Source: Minisyncoccota bacterium (lineage in GTDB: Bacteria; Patescibacteriota; Minisyncoccia; Phycocordibacterales; UBA9973). Taken from it: a stretch of 64,000 bases of DNA. The DNA is taken from assembly GCA_041664745.1 (NCBI GenBank), contig JBAYKD010000001.1, forward strand, positions 106,551 to 170,550, in the 5' to 3' direction. Both the position numbers and the translations under genes were made by a program. This document shows, piece by piece, positions 17,664-27,612 of the stretch (position 1 is its first letter; the number at the start of each line of letters is the position of its first letter). The notes beneath the pieces are model-generated. The model worked only from the letters and a program-made list of their open reading frames with translations. It was not told where the DNA came from and did not search any database.

Positions 17664-19010
17664 TTAATATCCTTCATCAGTTAACCTTTCATCTATTCTA
17701 TTCATATCTCTTGGGAACATACAAGCTTCACGAACGTTCTTAAGTCCTAAGAGTTGCATTGTGATACGCTCCGCTCCAAAAGCAAAGCCGCCTTCAGGTG
17801 GAACTCCATACTTGAATGCCTCTAGAAACATCTTAACTTTGTTAGGATCCATATTCCAAAGCTTCACATGTTCTTCTAACTGTTTTGAATCATTAATTCT
17901 TCTACCTCCTGATAGCCATTCTACCCCGCGACAAATAAGATCCATACCTTCATTATATTCTGGCTCATCTGGATTGGGATAAATATAAAATGGTTTCTTG
18001 CGAGTTGGATATCCATAAATAAATACAAAGTCTGATCCAGTCTCTTTTTTGACTATTTCACAAATTTCTCTTTCATCTTGAGTATTTGTATCTTTCTCAC
18101 CACGTACATCACGACCATAAACTTCAAAAATCTTTTGTTGAACTTCTCTTAAGGAAAGAGTTGGAGTTTTATCTATCATAGTTGGTAATTCTATCCCAAG
18201 TAATTTAATGTGTTCACTATTCTTTTCTTCAACTTTTTTCAAGATGTGCTTAACTGTATTCTCGGCCATATCACGTACATCAGTCCAAGAATTTATGAAG
18301 GCCATTTCTGCATCAAGAGAAACAATTTCTGTAAGGTGTCTTGTTGTCGATGATGGTTCAGCTCTGAAAACTTTGTTTACAGAAAAGCATCTTTCAAAAG
18401 CGGACATGACTATCTGTTTATAAAGTTGTGGAGATTGAGATAGATATGCCTTCTTTCCAAAGTAGTCGATTGAGAAAACTTCCGCCCCTCCTTCGGCGGT
18501 AGCAGGAACCATACTTGGTGCTTGGAATTCAAAGAACAAATTTTCCTTCATGAATTCACGGAAAGAATCAATAACCGTTTCCTCTATTTTAAAAATAGCT
18601 TGTATTTTAGGCTGTCTTAAAATCAAAGCTCTATTGTCTAGCTCTGTAGTTAATTCTAGATTGTAACCTCCGAGTGATATATCAAATGGTAATGGAGCGG
18701 CTTCGGCTAAAATTTCAATTTCCATTATCTCAAGTTCAAGATCACCATTTAAAACTCCTTCTTTGATATTTCTTTCAGGCCTTTTATTTACTTTCCCGTT
18801 TACTTTTACGGCAAATTCTTTGCGTAAAGTCTTACCAACTTCTAATGTATCTATATAGTTTGGCAATATAACTCCTTGAACTATTCCTGTCATATCGCGA
18901 AAGTCCAAAAAAATCATTTTACCTTGATCACGCCTGACATCAACCCAACCAGAAATGGAAACCGCCCCACCGAGAAAATCTTTTAAGTCTTTTATATAAG
19001 TACGTTGCAT
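17664..19010 (-). CDS. aspS: Aspartate--tRNA ligase, short non-discriminating/archaeal type
   Basis: OB fold, AEGGA, QSPQLYKQ, FRAE, GVPPEGG, FPRD; no GAD insert. Confidence 0.9.
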   Translation of the reverse strand: MQRTYIKDLKDFLGGAVSISGWVDVRRDQGKMIFLDFRDMTGIVQGVILPNYIDTLEVGKTLRKEFAVKVNGKVNKRPERNIKEGVLNGDLELEIMEIEILAEAAPLPFDISLGGYNLELTTELDNRALILRQPKIQAIFKIEETVIDSFREFMKENLFFEFQAPSMVPATAEGGAEVFSIDYFGKKAYLSQSPQLYKQIVMSAFERCFSVNKVFRAEPSSTTRHLTEIVSLDAEMAFINSWTDVRDMAENTVKHILKKVEEKNSEHIKLLGIELPTMIDKTPTLSLREVQQKIFEVYGRDVRGEKDTNTQDEREICEIVKKETGSDFVFIYGYPTRKKPFYIYPNPDEPEYNEGMDLICRGVEWLSGGRRINDSKQLEEHVKLWNMDPNKVKMFLEAFKYGVPPEGGFAFGAERITMQLLGLKNVREACMFPRDMNRIDERLTDEGY

Positions 19011-19046
19011 ATATTTAAATAATAATTTAATAATAAAAAAATAAAA

Positions 19047-19262
19047 CTAATGTAAATTTTTAGCTATTAGGAATTCATACGGCACAGAAATAATGAAAGT
19101 AATAGCAACTAGTATCCAATAAAAAGGTGTGAATAAATACCAAACTACCTTATCTTTTTTCTTTTGTGCAAAATACCACTTTTGAACCTTTGTGTGAATT
19201 ATGTTTATAGGCCAATATATAACCCCAAATATTACTGTAAATAATATGCGAATGTATTTCAT
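19047..19262 (-). CDS. Small two-TM hypothetical membrane protein
   Basis: 71 aa with two hydrophobic segments; directly follows trpS. Confidence 0.6.
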   Translation of the reverse strand: MKYIRILFTVIFGVIYWPINIIHTKVQKWYFAQKKKDKVVWYLFTPFYWILVAITFIISVPYEFLIAKNLH

Positions 19263-19265
19263 AAA

Positions 19266-20273
19266 TTAAAAATAGTTAATTTTCATTGCTTTTTTAACTT
19301 CGGCCATTGTTTCTTGCGCGACAAGTCTCGCCTTTTTAGTACCTTCTTCTAAAATTTTCATAACCTCTTCTGGATTTTTAGCCAATTCTTCCCTCTTTGT
19401 GCGTATAGGACTTATTAAATTTTCAAGTATGTCTATTAATCTCTTCTTAATAACAACATCTCCCAGCCCTCCTTTCTTGTATTGCTTCTTAAGATCATCT
19501 ATCTCAGCTCTATTAGAATCAAATATATCTAAATAAGTGAAAACGACATTACCTTCTACTTTACCAGGATCTTCCACATGAATGTGCCCGGGGTCTGTAT
19601 ACATATTCATAACTTTTTTTGAAATTTCATCTTTGGTATCTGAAAGATAAATTGCATTATTGAGAGACTTACCCATTTTAACTCCACCATCTATCCCTAC
19701 CAATCTTCCAGTGCTACCTGTCATGTGCTTTATATGACTAAATGTTTCCCCATAGTAGCGATTAAAAGTATCTACAATCTCATTGGCTTGTTCGATAACA
19801 GGAAGTTGATCTTCACCAACTGGAATCAAATTTGCTTGAGCAAACAAAATGTCTGCTGCTTGCGAAACTGGATAGCAAAGAAATCCAGCAGGCACATCTT
19901 CACCAAAACCTTTTTGCTTCATCTCATCTTTAACCGTGGGATTTCTTTTGAGTCGAGCAAGTGTAACTAGATTTAGAAAAATGACTGTGAGTTCAGCAAT
20001 CTCAGGAATTTCTGACTGGATGAACATTATCGTCTTCTTCGGATCGAGCCCACAAGCTAAATTATCAATTGCAACTTCAATAGCATTATCTCGGACTTTT
20101 TGAGGATTATTGGCGTTATCTGTCAATCCTTGAATATCGGCAATCATATAAAAAGACTTATCTGCCTCATTTTGAAGTTTTACCCTATTTTGAATAGATC
20201 CTACGAAATGACCCAAGTGAAGTTTGCCTGTTGGACGATCGCCTGTAAGCACTATTTTTGATTCTTTTGACAT
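19266..20273 (-). CDS. trpS: Tryptophan--tRNA ligase
   Basis: TGDRPTGKLHLGH, YPVSQAADI, PVGEDQ, KMGKS; start set at MSKESK. Confidence 0.96.
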   Translation of the reverse strand: MSKESKIVLTGDRPTGKLHLGHFVGSIQNRVKLQNEADKSFYMIADIQGLTDNANNPQKVRDNAIEVAIDNLACGLDPKKTIMFIQSEIPEIAELTVIFLNLVTLARLKRNPTVKDEMKQKGFGEDVPAGFLCYPVSQAADILFAQANLIPVGEDQLPVIEQANEIVDTFNRYYGETFSHIKHMTGSTGRLVGIDGGVKMGKSLNNAIYLSDTKDEISKKVMNMYTDPGHIHVEDPGKVEGNVVFTYLDIFDSNRAEIDDLKKQYKKGGLGDVVIKKRLIDILENLISPIRTKREELAKNPEEVMKILEEGTKKARLVAQETMAEVKKAMKINYF

Positions 20274-20375
20274 TCTATAATAATACCAAATAAACAGAAG
20301 TTTTGCACATATTACGCACATATTTATCCTAAAATAGACATTGCAATAATAATTACTGTTGCTACAATGGGTTCT

Positions 20376-21761
20376 ATGACAGATAAAAAATCAAACATTC
20401 GTATCCCTCCTCAGAATATAGATTCTGAAAAAGCAGTGCTTGGATCCATCATGCTTCGCCCAGGAGCAATACATGAAATTAATGACATCATAAATGTTGA
20501 TTCTTTTTATGTATCTAAGCATGCTCAAATTTATAAAATAATGCTAGAACTCTCAAGTAAAGGAGATCCTATCGATTTACTTTCAGTTTCAAACAAATTA
20601 AAAGAAAAAGGGTTGATAGATTCTATCGGTGGAAATGTTTATCTTACAGAATTAAGTAATGGAGTTCCTGCTTCTACAAACATTAAATATTACGCCGATG
20701 TTGTAAATAAAAAACATCTTTTAAGGAAAATAATTGATGCTGGTTCTGACATTTCAGAACTTGGTTTCAAAGAAGAAGTTGAAGATGTTTTTGAAGTTCT
20801 CGATCAAGCAGAAAAAAGAATGATGGGAATAAATAACAATATGTCTGGGCATGCCTTCACGTCAATCAAAGATAGTTTACCTGAAGCATGGGAAAGACTT
20901 GAGAGACTTCATGAAAGTAAAGGAGAACTTCGTGGAGTATCAACTGGCTTCCATGATCTTGATCAGTATCTCTCAGGTCTTCAAAAGTCTGACCTTATTA
21001 TCTTAGCGGCGCGACCTTCTATGGGTAAGACGACCTTGGCGCTAGATATTGCCCGCCAAGCAGCCTTGGGACAAGGTACTCCGACCATTATATTCTCTCT
21101 TGAAATGAGTACACAACAACTTGTAGATAGAATGCTAGCTGCTCAATCACGCGTAAATGCATGGAACCTTCGTACTGGTAATCTTTCTGCTGAAAGTGAA
21201 TTTGCTAAAATTCGAGACTCACTTGATAGTTTATCCAAGGCTCCAATTTTCGTTGACGACCTTGCTGGTAACTCTATCGTTCGTATGCGTTCTGTTTGTC
21301 GTCGTATAAAGGCTGAGCATGGTTTAGGACTTATTATTGTGGACTACTTACAGCTTATGTCCACTTCCAAGAACTATGACAATATGGTAAATCAAGTGAC
21401 TGAAATTTCTCGATCATTAAAATCATTAGCAAAAGAGTTTGATGTGCCAGTTTTAGCTCTTTCACAGCTTTCTCGTGCAGTTGAATCTCGTGGTGGCAGA
21501 CCTCGTCTTTCCGACCTTCGTGACTCAGGATCTATCGAGCAGGATGCTGACATTGTGATGTTTATTCACCGTGAAGATAAAGGTAAAGATGAAAGTGAAA
21601 AGACAAATATCGCAGAAATATTAATAGAAAAACACAGAAATGGTCCAGTCGGTAAAGTCGAATTATACTTCGATGAGAAGACAACAACTTTCGTTTCTAT
21701 AGATAAATCTGGTGTAAATAAATTTGCTTCACCTACTGGTGGCGCAATTGATCAATTTTAA
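20376..21761 (+). CDS. dnaB: Replicative DNA helicase
   Basis: AARPSMGKT, FSLEM, VDYLQLM, SDLRDSGSIEQDAD, KHRNG. Confidence 0.97.
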   Translation: MTDKKSNIRIPPQNIDSEKAVLGSIMLRPGAIHEINDIINVDSFYVSKHAQIYKIMLELSSKGDPIDLLSVSNKLKEKGLIDSIGGNVYLTELSNGVPASTNIKYYADVVNKKHLLRKIIDAGSDISELGFKEEVEDVFEVLDQAEKRMMGINNNMSGHAFTSIKDSLPEAWERLERLHESKGELRGVSTGFHDLDQYLSGLQKSDLIILAARPSMGKTTLALDIARQAALGQGTPTIIFSLEMSTQQLVDRMLAAQSRVNAWNLRTGNLSAESEFAKIRDSLDSLSKAPIFVDDLAGNSIVRMRSVCRRIKAEHGLGLIIVDYLQLMSTSKNYDNMVNQVTEISRSLKSLAKEFDVPVLALSQLSRAVESRGGRPRLSDLRDSGSIEQDADIVMFIHREDKGKDESEKTNIAEILIEKHRNGPVGKVELYFDEKTTTFVSIDKSGVNKFASPTGGAIDQF

Positions 21762-21768
21762 TTTAAAA

Positions 21769-22383
21769 ATGAACCCAATAGATAAACTAACTGAATACTT
21801 TAAAGAATTCCCGGGGATTGGCGAACGCCAAGCCAAGCGTTTTGTATATTTCTTATTACACAAGAATCCAACTTACGTAAAAGAACTTGGAGATAAGGTT
21901 CTTGATTTGAAAAATACTATTCATCAATGCCCTTCTTGTTTTCTTTTCTTTCAATCAAAGCAGGATCAACTTTGTGATGTGTGTAGTAATCCTAAAACGG
22001 ACAAGACTTCCCTTCTCATTGTAGAAAAAGATGCAGACTATGAAAATATAAAAAGAAGCAAAAATTACAATGGCATGTATTTTATCCTAGGTGGGCTTGT
22101 ACCAATTGTCAGTAAAGATACTCCGACTTTTGTCCGTACTAAGGAATTAATTCGAAACATTGAAATGGAAGCTAAACGTGATGGACTTAAAGAAGTTATT
22201 ATTGCATTATCTCTCAACCCTCAAGGTGAACATACGGATATGTATTTAAGAGAGCTTCTTATTCCTTTACAAGGTAAATATAATTTAAACATTGTCTCTC
22301 TTGGTCGTGGTCTCTCAACCGGCACAGAGCTTGAATACTCTGATAGTGAGACGATCAAGAATGCTCTTATAAACAGACAATAA
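21769..22383 (+). CDS. recR: Recombination mediator RecR
   Basis: FPGIGERQAKR HhH, C4 zinc finger, TOPRIM, GTELEYSD. Confidence 0.93.
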   Translation: MNPIDKLTEYFKEFPGIGERQAKRFVYFLLHKNPTYVKELGDKVLDLKNTIHQCPSCFLFFQSKQDQLCDVCSNPKTDKTSLLIVEKDADYENIKRSKNYNGMYFILGGLVPIVSKDTPTFVRTKELIRNIEMEAKRDGLKEVIIALSLNPQGEHTDMYLRELLIPLQGKYNLNIVSLGRGLSTGTELEYSDSETIKNALINRQ

Positions 22384-22386
22384 TAC

Positions 22387-22419
22387 AAAAAGGTGTTAGC
22401 ACGAAGCTAACACCTTTTT
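22387..22419. terminator. Bidirectional intrinsic terminator
   Basis: AAAAAGGTGTTAGC-ACGAA-GCTAACACCTTTTT. Confidence 0.8.
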
Positions 22420-22450
22420 ATTATTACTAAAAGGAATTTCTGACATACTT

Positions 22451-22726
22451 TTAATTTTTTAAATGATTGTTTTGTTTTTCCTTAAGAAGTTCTATTGCTT
22501 TTTCAGCATCTTTTTCGCTGACCATGATTTTAAATACACTAAGATCCGAAGATAAAGCAAATTTAATATCAGCATCATTGATGATTTTAGCTGCTTCAAG
22601 ACTTTTCTTTTCAGCAAATTTCCATTCAGGATCACCATATTTTGCAGGAGTCCTTATTTCATGAACAACAACTCTATTTTTGAGTTGAACAAAAACTACT
22701 TGATTTTCTAATTTTTCTGTTTTCAT
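22451..22726 (-). CDS. Hypothetical protein (orphan)
   Basis: 91-aa ORF with its own promoter and terminators on both sides. Confidence 0.65.
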   Translation of the reverse strand: MKTEKLENQVVFVQLKNRVVVHEIRTPAKYGDPEWKFAEKKSLEAAKIINDADIKFALSSDLSVFKIMVSEKDAEKAIELLKEKQNNHLKN

Positions 22727-22771
22727 TTTTTAAAGAGTTATTAAATATATTGGTTTTAATTAATTTATTTA

Positions 22772-22812
22772 TTTTTTCTTCACATTATAACTTTCAGGGG
22801 TTTTAGTCAAAT
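22772..22812 (-). promoter_or_regulatory. Promoter-like motif TTGACT-N15-TATAAT, shared with 847-886
   Basis: Minus strand ATTTGACT-AAAACCCCTGAAAGT-TATAATGT-GAAGAAAAAA. Confidence 0.55.
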
Positions 22813-22815
22813 AGA

Positions 22816-22845
22816 AAACCAGCCCCAATTTCTTGGGGCTGGTTT
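22816..22845 (-). terminator. rplU terminator
   Basis: AAACCAGCCCCAA-TTTC-TTGGGGCTGGTTT. Confidence 0.75.
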
Positions 22846-22851
22846 GGTTTA

Positions 22852-23214
22852 TTATTTAATTGCGGAGATTTTGACTTCTATGAATGGTTGGCGGTGACCG
22901 TTCTTCTTCAAGTATCTACTCTTTTGCTTGTATTTCACCACTAGGATTGTTTTATTCTTTCCTGCTTTTTGAAATAGTGATTCTACTTTTGCGCCTGTGA
23001 TATAAGGAGTTCCGATTGTTGTATCTACTCCGTTGTCTACAAGTAGGACCTTATCAAAAACAATTTTATCTCCTGCTTTAAAGTCTCCTTCAAGTTTCTC
23101 TACCTTAAGTACATCTCCAACAGCAACTTTATATTGCTTTCCGCCTGTAAAAATAACGGCAAATTCCTTATTGTCTCCTACTTCCTTTTTTGTTGTTTTT
23201 TTCGCTGTTGCCAT
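22852..23214 (-). CDS. rplU: 50S ribosomal protein L21
   Basis: TGGKQYKV, IGTPY, GHRQ. Confidence 0.96.
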   Translation of the reverse strand: MATAKKTTKKEVGDNKEFAVIFTGGKQYKVAVGDVLKVEKLEGDFKAGDKIVFDKVLLVDNGVDTTIGTPYITGAKVESLFQKAGKNKTILVVKYKQKSRYLKKNGHRQPFIEVKISAIK

Positions 23215-23324
23215 ATATTTATGTATTAATAGTAAACCTTTTATGTATAGGCTTAACTACGAATATCATAATACACAAAAGTTGGCAAAATTGCAAGTAG
23301 CACGTATAATAGAGCTATCAATAT

Positions 23325-24548
23325 ATGACTTTAATAATAAAGAACACTTTATCAAGCGAAAAAGAAGTTTTTAAACCAATTAATGAGGGTAAGGTTGGTT
23401 TATATACTTGTGGGCCAACGGTCTACAACCATCTTCATATTGGGAATTGGCGGGCTTATGTATTTACTGATTTACTTAAAAGATATTTAAAATATAGTGG
23501 GTATGATGTCCTACACGTCATGAACATTACAGATGTGGAAGATAAAATAATTCTTGCAGTTATAGAACAACATAAAAGTTTAAAGGAATTAACAGAATTT
23601 TATACTGAAGAATTTTTTAAAGACAGAGATGCATTAAACATAATACCTGCAAATTTTTACACAAAAGCCACAGACTATATAGATGAAATGGTTTCTTTAA
23701 TTAAGAAGCTCGAAGAGAAAGGCTATGCTTATAGGACTAGTGATGGCTCTGTTTATTTTGATATTAACAAAGACAAAGAGTATGGTAAGCTTTCTCATTT
23801 TAAACTTTCAGATTTAAAACCTGCCCGCCCTCACGAGGGAGCAGGCGGGGAAGATGCTAAGGGTAGACTAAAGAAAGATGAATATGAAAAAGAAAATGCT
23901 CAAGATTTTGCACTTTGGAAAGCATGGGTTCCCGAAGATGGAAATGTATTTTGGGAAACTGATCTTGGTAAGGGACGCCCTGGTTGGCACATAGAATGCT
24001 CAGCCATGAGTATGGATAAATTGGGAGAGAGTTTTGATATTCATACTGGAGGTGTGGATAATATTTTTCCCCATCATGAGAATGAAATAGCCCAATCAGA
24101 ATGTGCTACAGGAAAGATGTTTGCTAAATATTTTATGCACAATGAACACCTTCTAGTAGATGGTAAAAAAATGTCAAAATCTCTTGGAAATTTTTACACC
24201 CTAGAAGATTTAATAAATAAAGGCATTGATCCAATAGCCTTCCGACTATGGTTGTATACTTCCAGCTATTCTACAAGAACAAACTTCACTTTTGAGGCTG
24301 TAAATGGGGCACAAACAGCCTTAGAACGCTTAAGAAAGGCATATTTAGACCTTGGAAACGATATAGGAACGGTAAATATAGGCTACAAAACCCGTCTTAT
24401 TGAATATATGGACGATAATCTAAACACAGCACGAGCTTTATCTCTAGTTTGGGAGATTCTAAAAAATAAAGAGCTCTCTTCATCTGAGAAGAAAGCCACA
24501 TTACTTGATTTTGATAAAATTTTTGGTTTTGGTTTAGATAGCCTCTAG
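23325..24548 (+). CDS. cysS: Cysteine--tRNA ligase (short C-terminus; 10-aa palindrome-derived insert)
   Basis: CGPTVY, HIGN, DFALWK, GRPGWHIECSAM, FPHHENE, KMSKS. Confidence 0.96.
   Translation: MTLIIKNTLSSEKEVFKPINEGKVGLYTCGPTVYNHLHIGNWRAYVFTDLLKRYLKYSGYDVLHVMNITDVEDKIILAVIEQHKSLKELTEFYTEEFFKDRDALNIIPANFYTKATDYIDEMVSLIKKLEEKGYAYRTSDGSVYFDINKDKEYGKLSHFKLSDLKPARPHEGAGGEDAKGRLKKDEYEKENAQDFALWKAWVPEDGNVFWETDLGKGRPGWHIECSAMSMDKLGESFDIHTGGVDNIFPHHENEIAQSECATGKMFAKYFMHNEHLLVDGKKMSKSLGNFYTLEDLINKGIDPIAFRLWLYTSSYSTRTNFTFEAVNGAQTALERLRKAYLDLGNDIGTVNIGYKTRLIEYMDDNLNTARALSLVWEILKNKELSSSEKKATLLDFDKIFGFGLDSL
23820..23849. repeat. 30-bp GC-rich palindrome in frame inside cysS
   Basis: CCTGCCCGCCCTCACGAGGGAGCAGGCGGG = PARPHEGAGG. 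Confidence 0.75.
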
Positions 24549-26192
24549 CTCCATATAAAATTCTGATCCTTTATTCAAACCATCAGACTCTACCCATACT
24601 TTACCCTTATGGGCTTCTACTATTTGTCGTGCAAGATATAACCCCAATCCAGAACCTGTGGTATTCATACGAGCACCATCGCCACGAGCAAATTTTTGGA
24701 ATAAGCTCGCTTTGGTTTCTTGTGTCATTCCCATTCCGGTATCTTTCACACAGAATACAACTTTCTTCTCATTCCTCTTAACTGATACATTTAAACCGCC
24801 TTCTTTTGTATATTTAATAGAATTATCGATAAGGTTAATGATAACTTGCCTAATTTTTTCTTGATCACCATTTGTCATACACAATGGATCTGATTCAAAA
24901 TTTAATTTCAATCCTTTTTTCTCTGCTGTAATAGAAAGATCTTTTGCTTCATCTTCCACAACTTTTGACAAATCAAATGGAGCCATCTCAAACTTCATAC
25001 CTCCCGATTCTATTTTTGTAACATTAAGCAAATCTTCTACAACTATAGTAAGATTTTTACTTGATTGGTACATACGATCAATCGCCTCCTTGGCTTCTTT
25101 GCTCAAATCTCCATAATCTCCATCCATAAGCATAGAAGCATAACCCTTAATAGCTGTTAGTGGACTTCGAAGTTGATGCGAAGCAAGCGAAACGAATTCT
25201 GTCTTAAGCTTATCTAAACCCTTTAGTTTTTCATTGACACCAAATAACTGTTCTGTGAGTATTTGTAATTGTTCACGCTGCATAACTTCTTGTTTAACTG
25301 ATTTAATAAGAATTTGACCCAAAACTATAATACCAACGAAAGTTATACCGTTAAGTATCATATTTGTATTTGATTTGATAAAGAAAAATTGAGAACCAAT
25401 AAGTATGGCCAATCCCCAAACTAAAGCTTCGGTTGCAATTAGTTTGACATTAAAAGTTTTAAAACGAACCATAAGAATACTAAGATAAATCATAAATATT
25501 ACCATTCCAAACAATCCATATATTTCAAATTCTGAATCAGGCAATAAATCAATCTTTGTGAGATATGATGATAAAAATACCATTGTAAAGAAGGAGAATA
25601 AAAATAATTCTATGCCTGTCCCCATTAAAATTATTTGTTTTTTAAAATCAGGTGTTGTTCTAAGAGATTTACGAATAAGTAAGATTAAAATCCAAATCAT
25701 CGCTATCACACCAAGAGAAGTATAATAAAATTGAAATGGGATTTGTTCAAATTGAAATGCATCACAATCAGTTATATTAAAACCACCAAGATTTAAATAA
25801 GAAGGAGTAAGTAATATTATTGGAAGAATTAATGTAAGAAAAATTATTTTAAGTTTAATAGAGATGTCTTTTTTTTCTAAAAAAACATAAGTAAAATATA
25901 TACAAAATATAGCAATTAATCCTAAAATTATTCCAGAAAAATTCCAAACGAATATTATAAGGTCACTGTGAATATTAGTCCATTGAATAAGAGTAAATGT
26001 TGTCCAAAATGAAAAAAGTATAGATATTACAAAAAGCAGTTTATTAATTAAAAGATGTCTGTCGCTTCTATATATATAGATACTAATAATAAGAGAGATT
26101 ATTGTAGCTGGAATATGCGCATAATATAATAATCCTGATACATCAGGTGAAAAAATTAAATAGGTTGGTTCTGGAAATAAATAGCAAAGCAT
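24534..26192 (-). CDS. Membrane sensor histidine kinase (multi-TM N-terminus, HisKA, HATPase)
   Basis: 7 or more TM segments, ASHQLRSPL (phospho-His), NLIDNSIKY, DTGMG, GSGLGL. Confidence 0.92.
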   Translation of the reverse strand: MLCYLFPEPTYLIFSPDVSGLLYYAHIPATIISLIISIYIYRSDRHLLINKLLFVISILFSFWTTFTLIQWTNIHSDLIIFVWNFSGIILGLIAIFCIYFTYVFLEKKDISIKLKIIFLTLILPIILLTPSYLNLGGFNITDCDAFQFEQIPFQFYYTSLGVIAMIWILILLIRKSLRTTPDFKKQIILMGTGIELFLFSFFTMVFLSSYLTKIDLLPDSEFEIYGLFGMVIFMIYLSILMVRFKTFNVKLIATEALVWGLAILIGSQFFFIKSNTNMILNGITFVGIIVLGQILIKSVKQEVMQREQLQILTEQLFGVNEKLKGLDKLKTEFVSLASHQLRSPLTAIKGYASMLMDGDYGDLSKEAKEAIDRMYQSSKNLTIVVEDLLNVTKIESGGMKFEMAPFDLSKVVEDEAKDLSITAEKKGLKLNFESDPLCMTNGDQEKIRQVIINLIDNSIKYTKEGGLNVSVKRNEKKVVFCVKDTGMGMTQETKASLFQKFARGDGARMNTTGSGLGLYLARQIVEAHKGKVWVESDGLNKGSEFYMELEAI

Positions 26193-26195
26193 ATA

Positions 26196-26639
26196 TTATT
26201 CTTTTATTTTATTATCTTGTAAAATATCTTCTCCAGTAGAATTATTTGAATTATCTTTATTATCATTTTCTATATTTATTTCTTCTATTTGTTTTGAGCA
26301 AATATTACTATCTATTTCTGGGTCACAGTAAGTTATAGAACAATTCCTGTTATTGGGAAGGCATACGCTAGCAGTTTCGCAGTCTGTTATATCTTCCCCG
26401 CATTCATTTTTTAAATCAGGTGCATATTTTATTACTTGAGAATAATAATATTCTTTTGTGCAGGAATCATCTTCACACCCCACGAAACATTTTTTTATAG
26501 ATGGATCACATACTCCTTCATATCCAATTAAATAATCATGATTAATAAAAAATCTATAAAACGAAATAATACTAACTATAATTATTAGTGGAGTAAGAAT
26601 ATATGTTAAAAGATTATCTTTAAAATTTATATTTTTCAT
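26196..26639 (-). CDS. Membrane-anchored Cys-rich hypothetical protein
   Basis: One N-terminal TM then 10 Cys; start set at MKNINF. Confidence 0.75.
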   Translation of the reverse strand: MKNINFKDNLLTYILTPLIIIVSIISFYRFFINHDYLIGYEGVCDPSIKKCFVGCEDDSCTKEYYYSQVIKYAPDLKNECGEDITDCETASVCLPNNRNCSITYCDPEIDSNICSKQIEEINIENDNKDNSNNSTGEDILQDNKIKE

Positions 26640-26694
26640 TATGTTATATAAGTATAACAAAAATTAAATAATATGTTAAATTTTAACATTATTT

Positions 26695-27609
26695 TTACAT
26701 AAATAGTAAATATGTACCAATTCCAGTTAAAATAATAGCAATAATTTTTGTCCAAATATGTCTCTTGTTTATTTTCTCAACTGCTATTTTAGGAAAGAAA
26801 ATAGTTAAAACTATGCCTATAATTAAGACAAAAATAGACTGAAATGAATCAGAGAGTAGAACCAATGCAACAGGAGCTATTAATGTAGCATAAGTAAAGG
26901 CTAAACTACCAATAACATATAAAAATTCATTTATAGAGTTTAAAAAGAGAATTTTTTTTGAATTATTTTTAATAGCTAATATAAAAGTTTTTCTATATGA
27001 ACTAATAAATATAAAAATAATAATACCTATTGTTAACATCATAAGATGTTCCCAAAAAAGTGATCTTAAAAAATTTTCTTCAAGAGCTACAGCTTTAAAT
27101 ATCACCGATTCAAGTGCCCAAAAAAATGATGCAGCCAACATTGGTAAAATAGTTTTTTTACGGAGTTTAAATTTATTATCGGAATCTATTTCAAATGAGA
27201 CTATTGTTGTGCCAGATATTATTATTATCATAGCTATTATTTGTAATTGTGTAAGAGTTTCTCCAAGTATAAAATAACTTAATATATATCCAAATACTGG
27301 CATAAGTTGATAAAATACAATAGTAACCGAAGCCTCTTCGTTTTGAAGAGCTATAAAATAAAATAATAATACCAATACATTTAAAATTCCTACAACTGCG
27401 AGTGCAATAATATGTATACCACTAACACTAAATACTGTTTTATCTGCTAAATATATAAACGGTAAAACAAATATAGAAAATAAAGATGAAAAAAGAAGAA
27501 GCGTACCAACTCCACCATTTTTAAAATATTTTTCTAAAAGAAATTTATCTATATGATTTGTTATGGCATACATTAATGGGCCTATAAGTGCAATAAAAAA
27601 CCATAGCAT
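26695..27609 (-). CDS. DMT/EamA-family transporter
   Basis: About 10 TMs in two repeats; YFIAL..EEAS, FILGETL motifs. Confidence 0.85.
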   Translation of the reverse strand: MLWFFIALIGPLMYAITNHIDKFLLEKYFKNGGVGTLLLFSSLFSIFVLPFIYLADKTVFSVSGIHIIALAVVGILNVLVLLFYFIALQNEEASVTIVFYQLMPVFGYILSYFILGETLTQLQIIAMIIIISGTTIVSFEIDSDNKFKLRKKTILPMLAASFFWALESVIFKAVALEENFLRSLFWEHLMMLTIGIIIFIFISSYRKTFILAIKNNSKKILFLNSINEFLYVIGSLAFTYATLIAPVALVLLSDSFQSIFVLIIGIVLTIFFPKIAVEKINKRHIWTKIIAIILTGIGTYLLFM

Positions 27610-27612
27610 ATA

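Noticed and set aside
23325-24548. cysS, alaS and rplM as truncated pseudogenes
   Set aside because: Catalytic motifs are intact with clean stops; short forms are expected in reduced CPR-type genomes.
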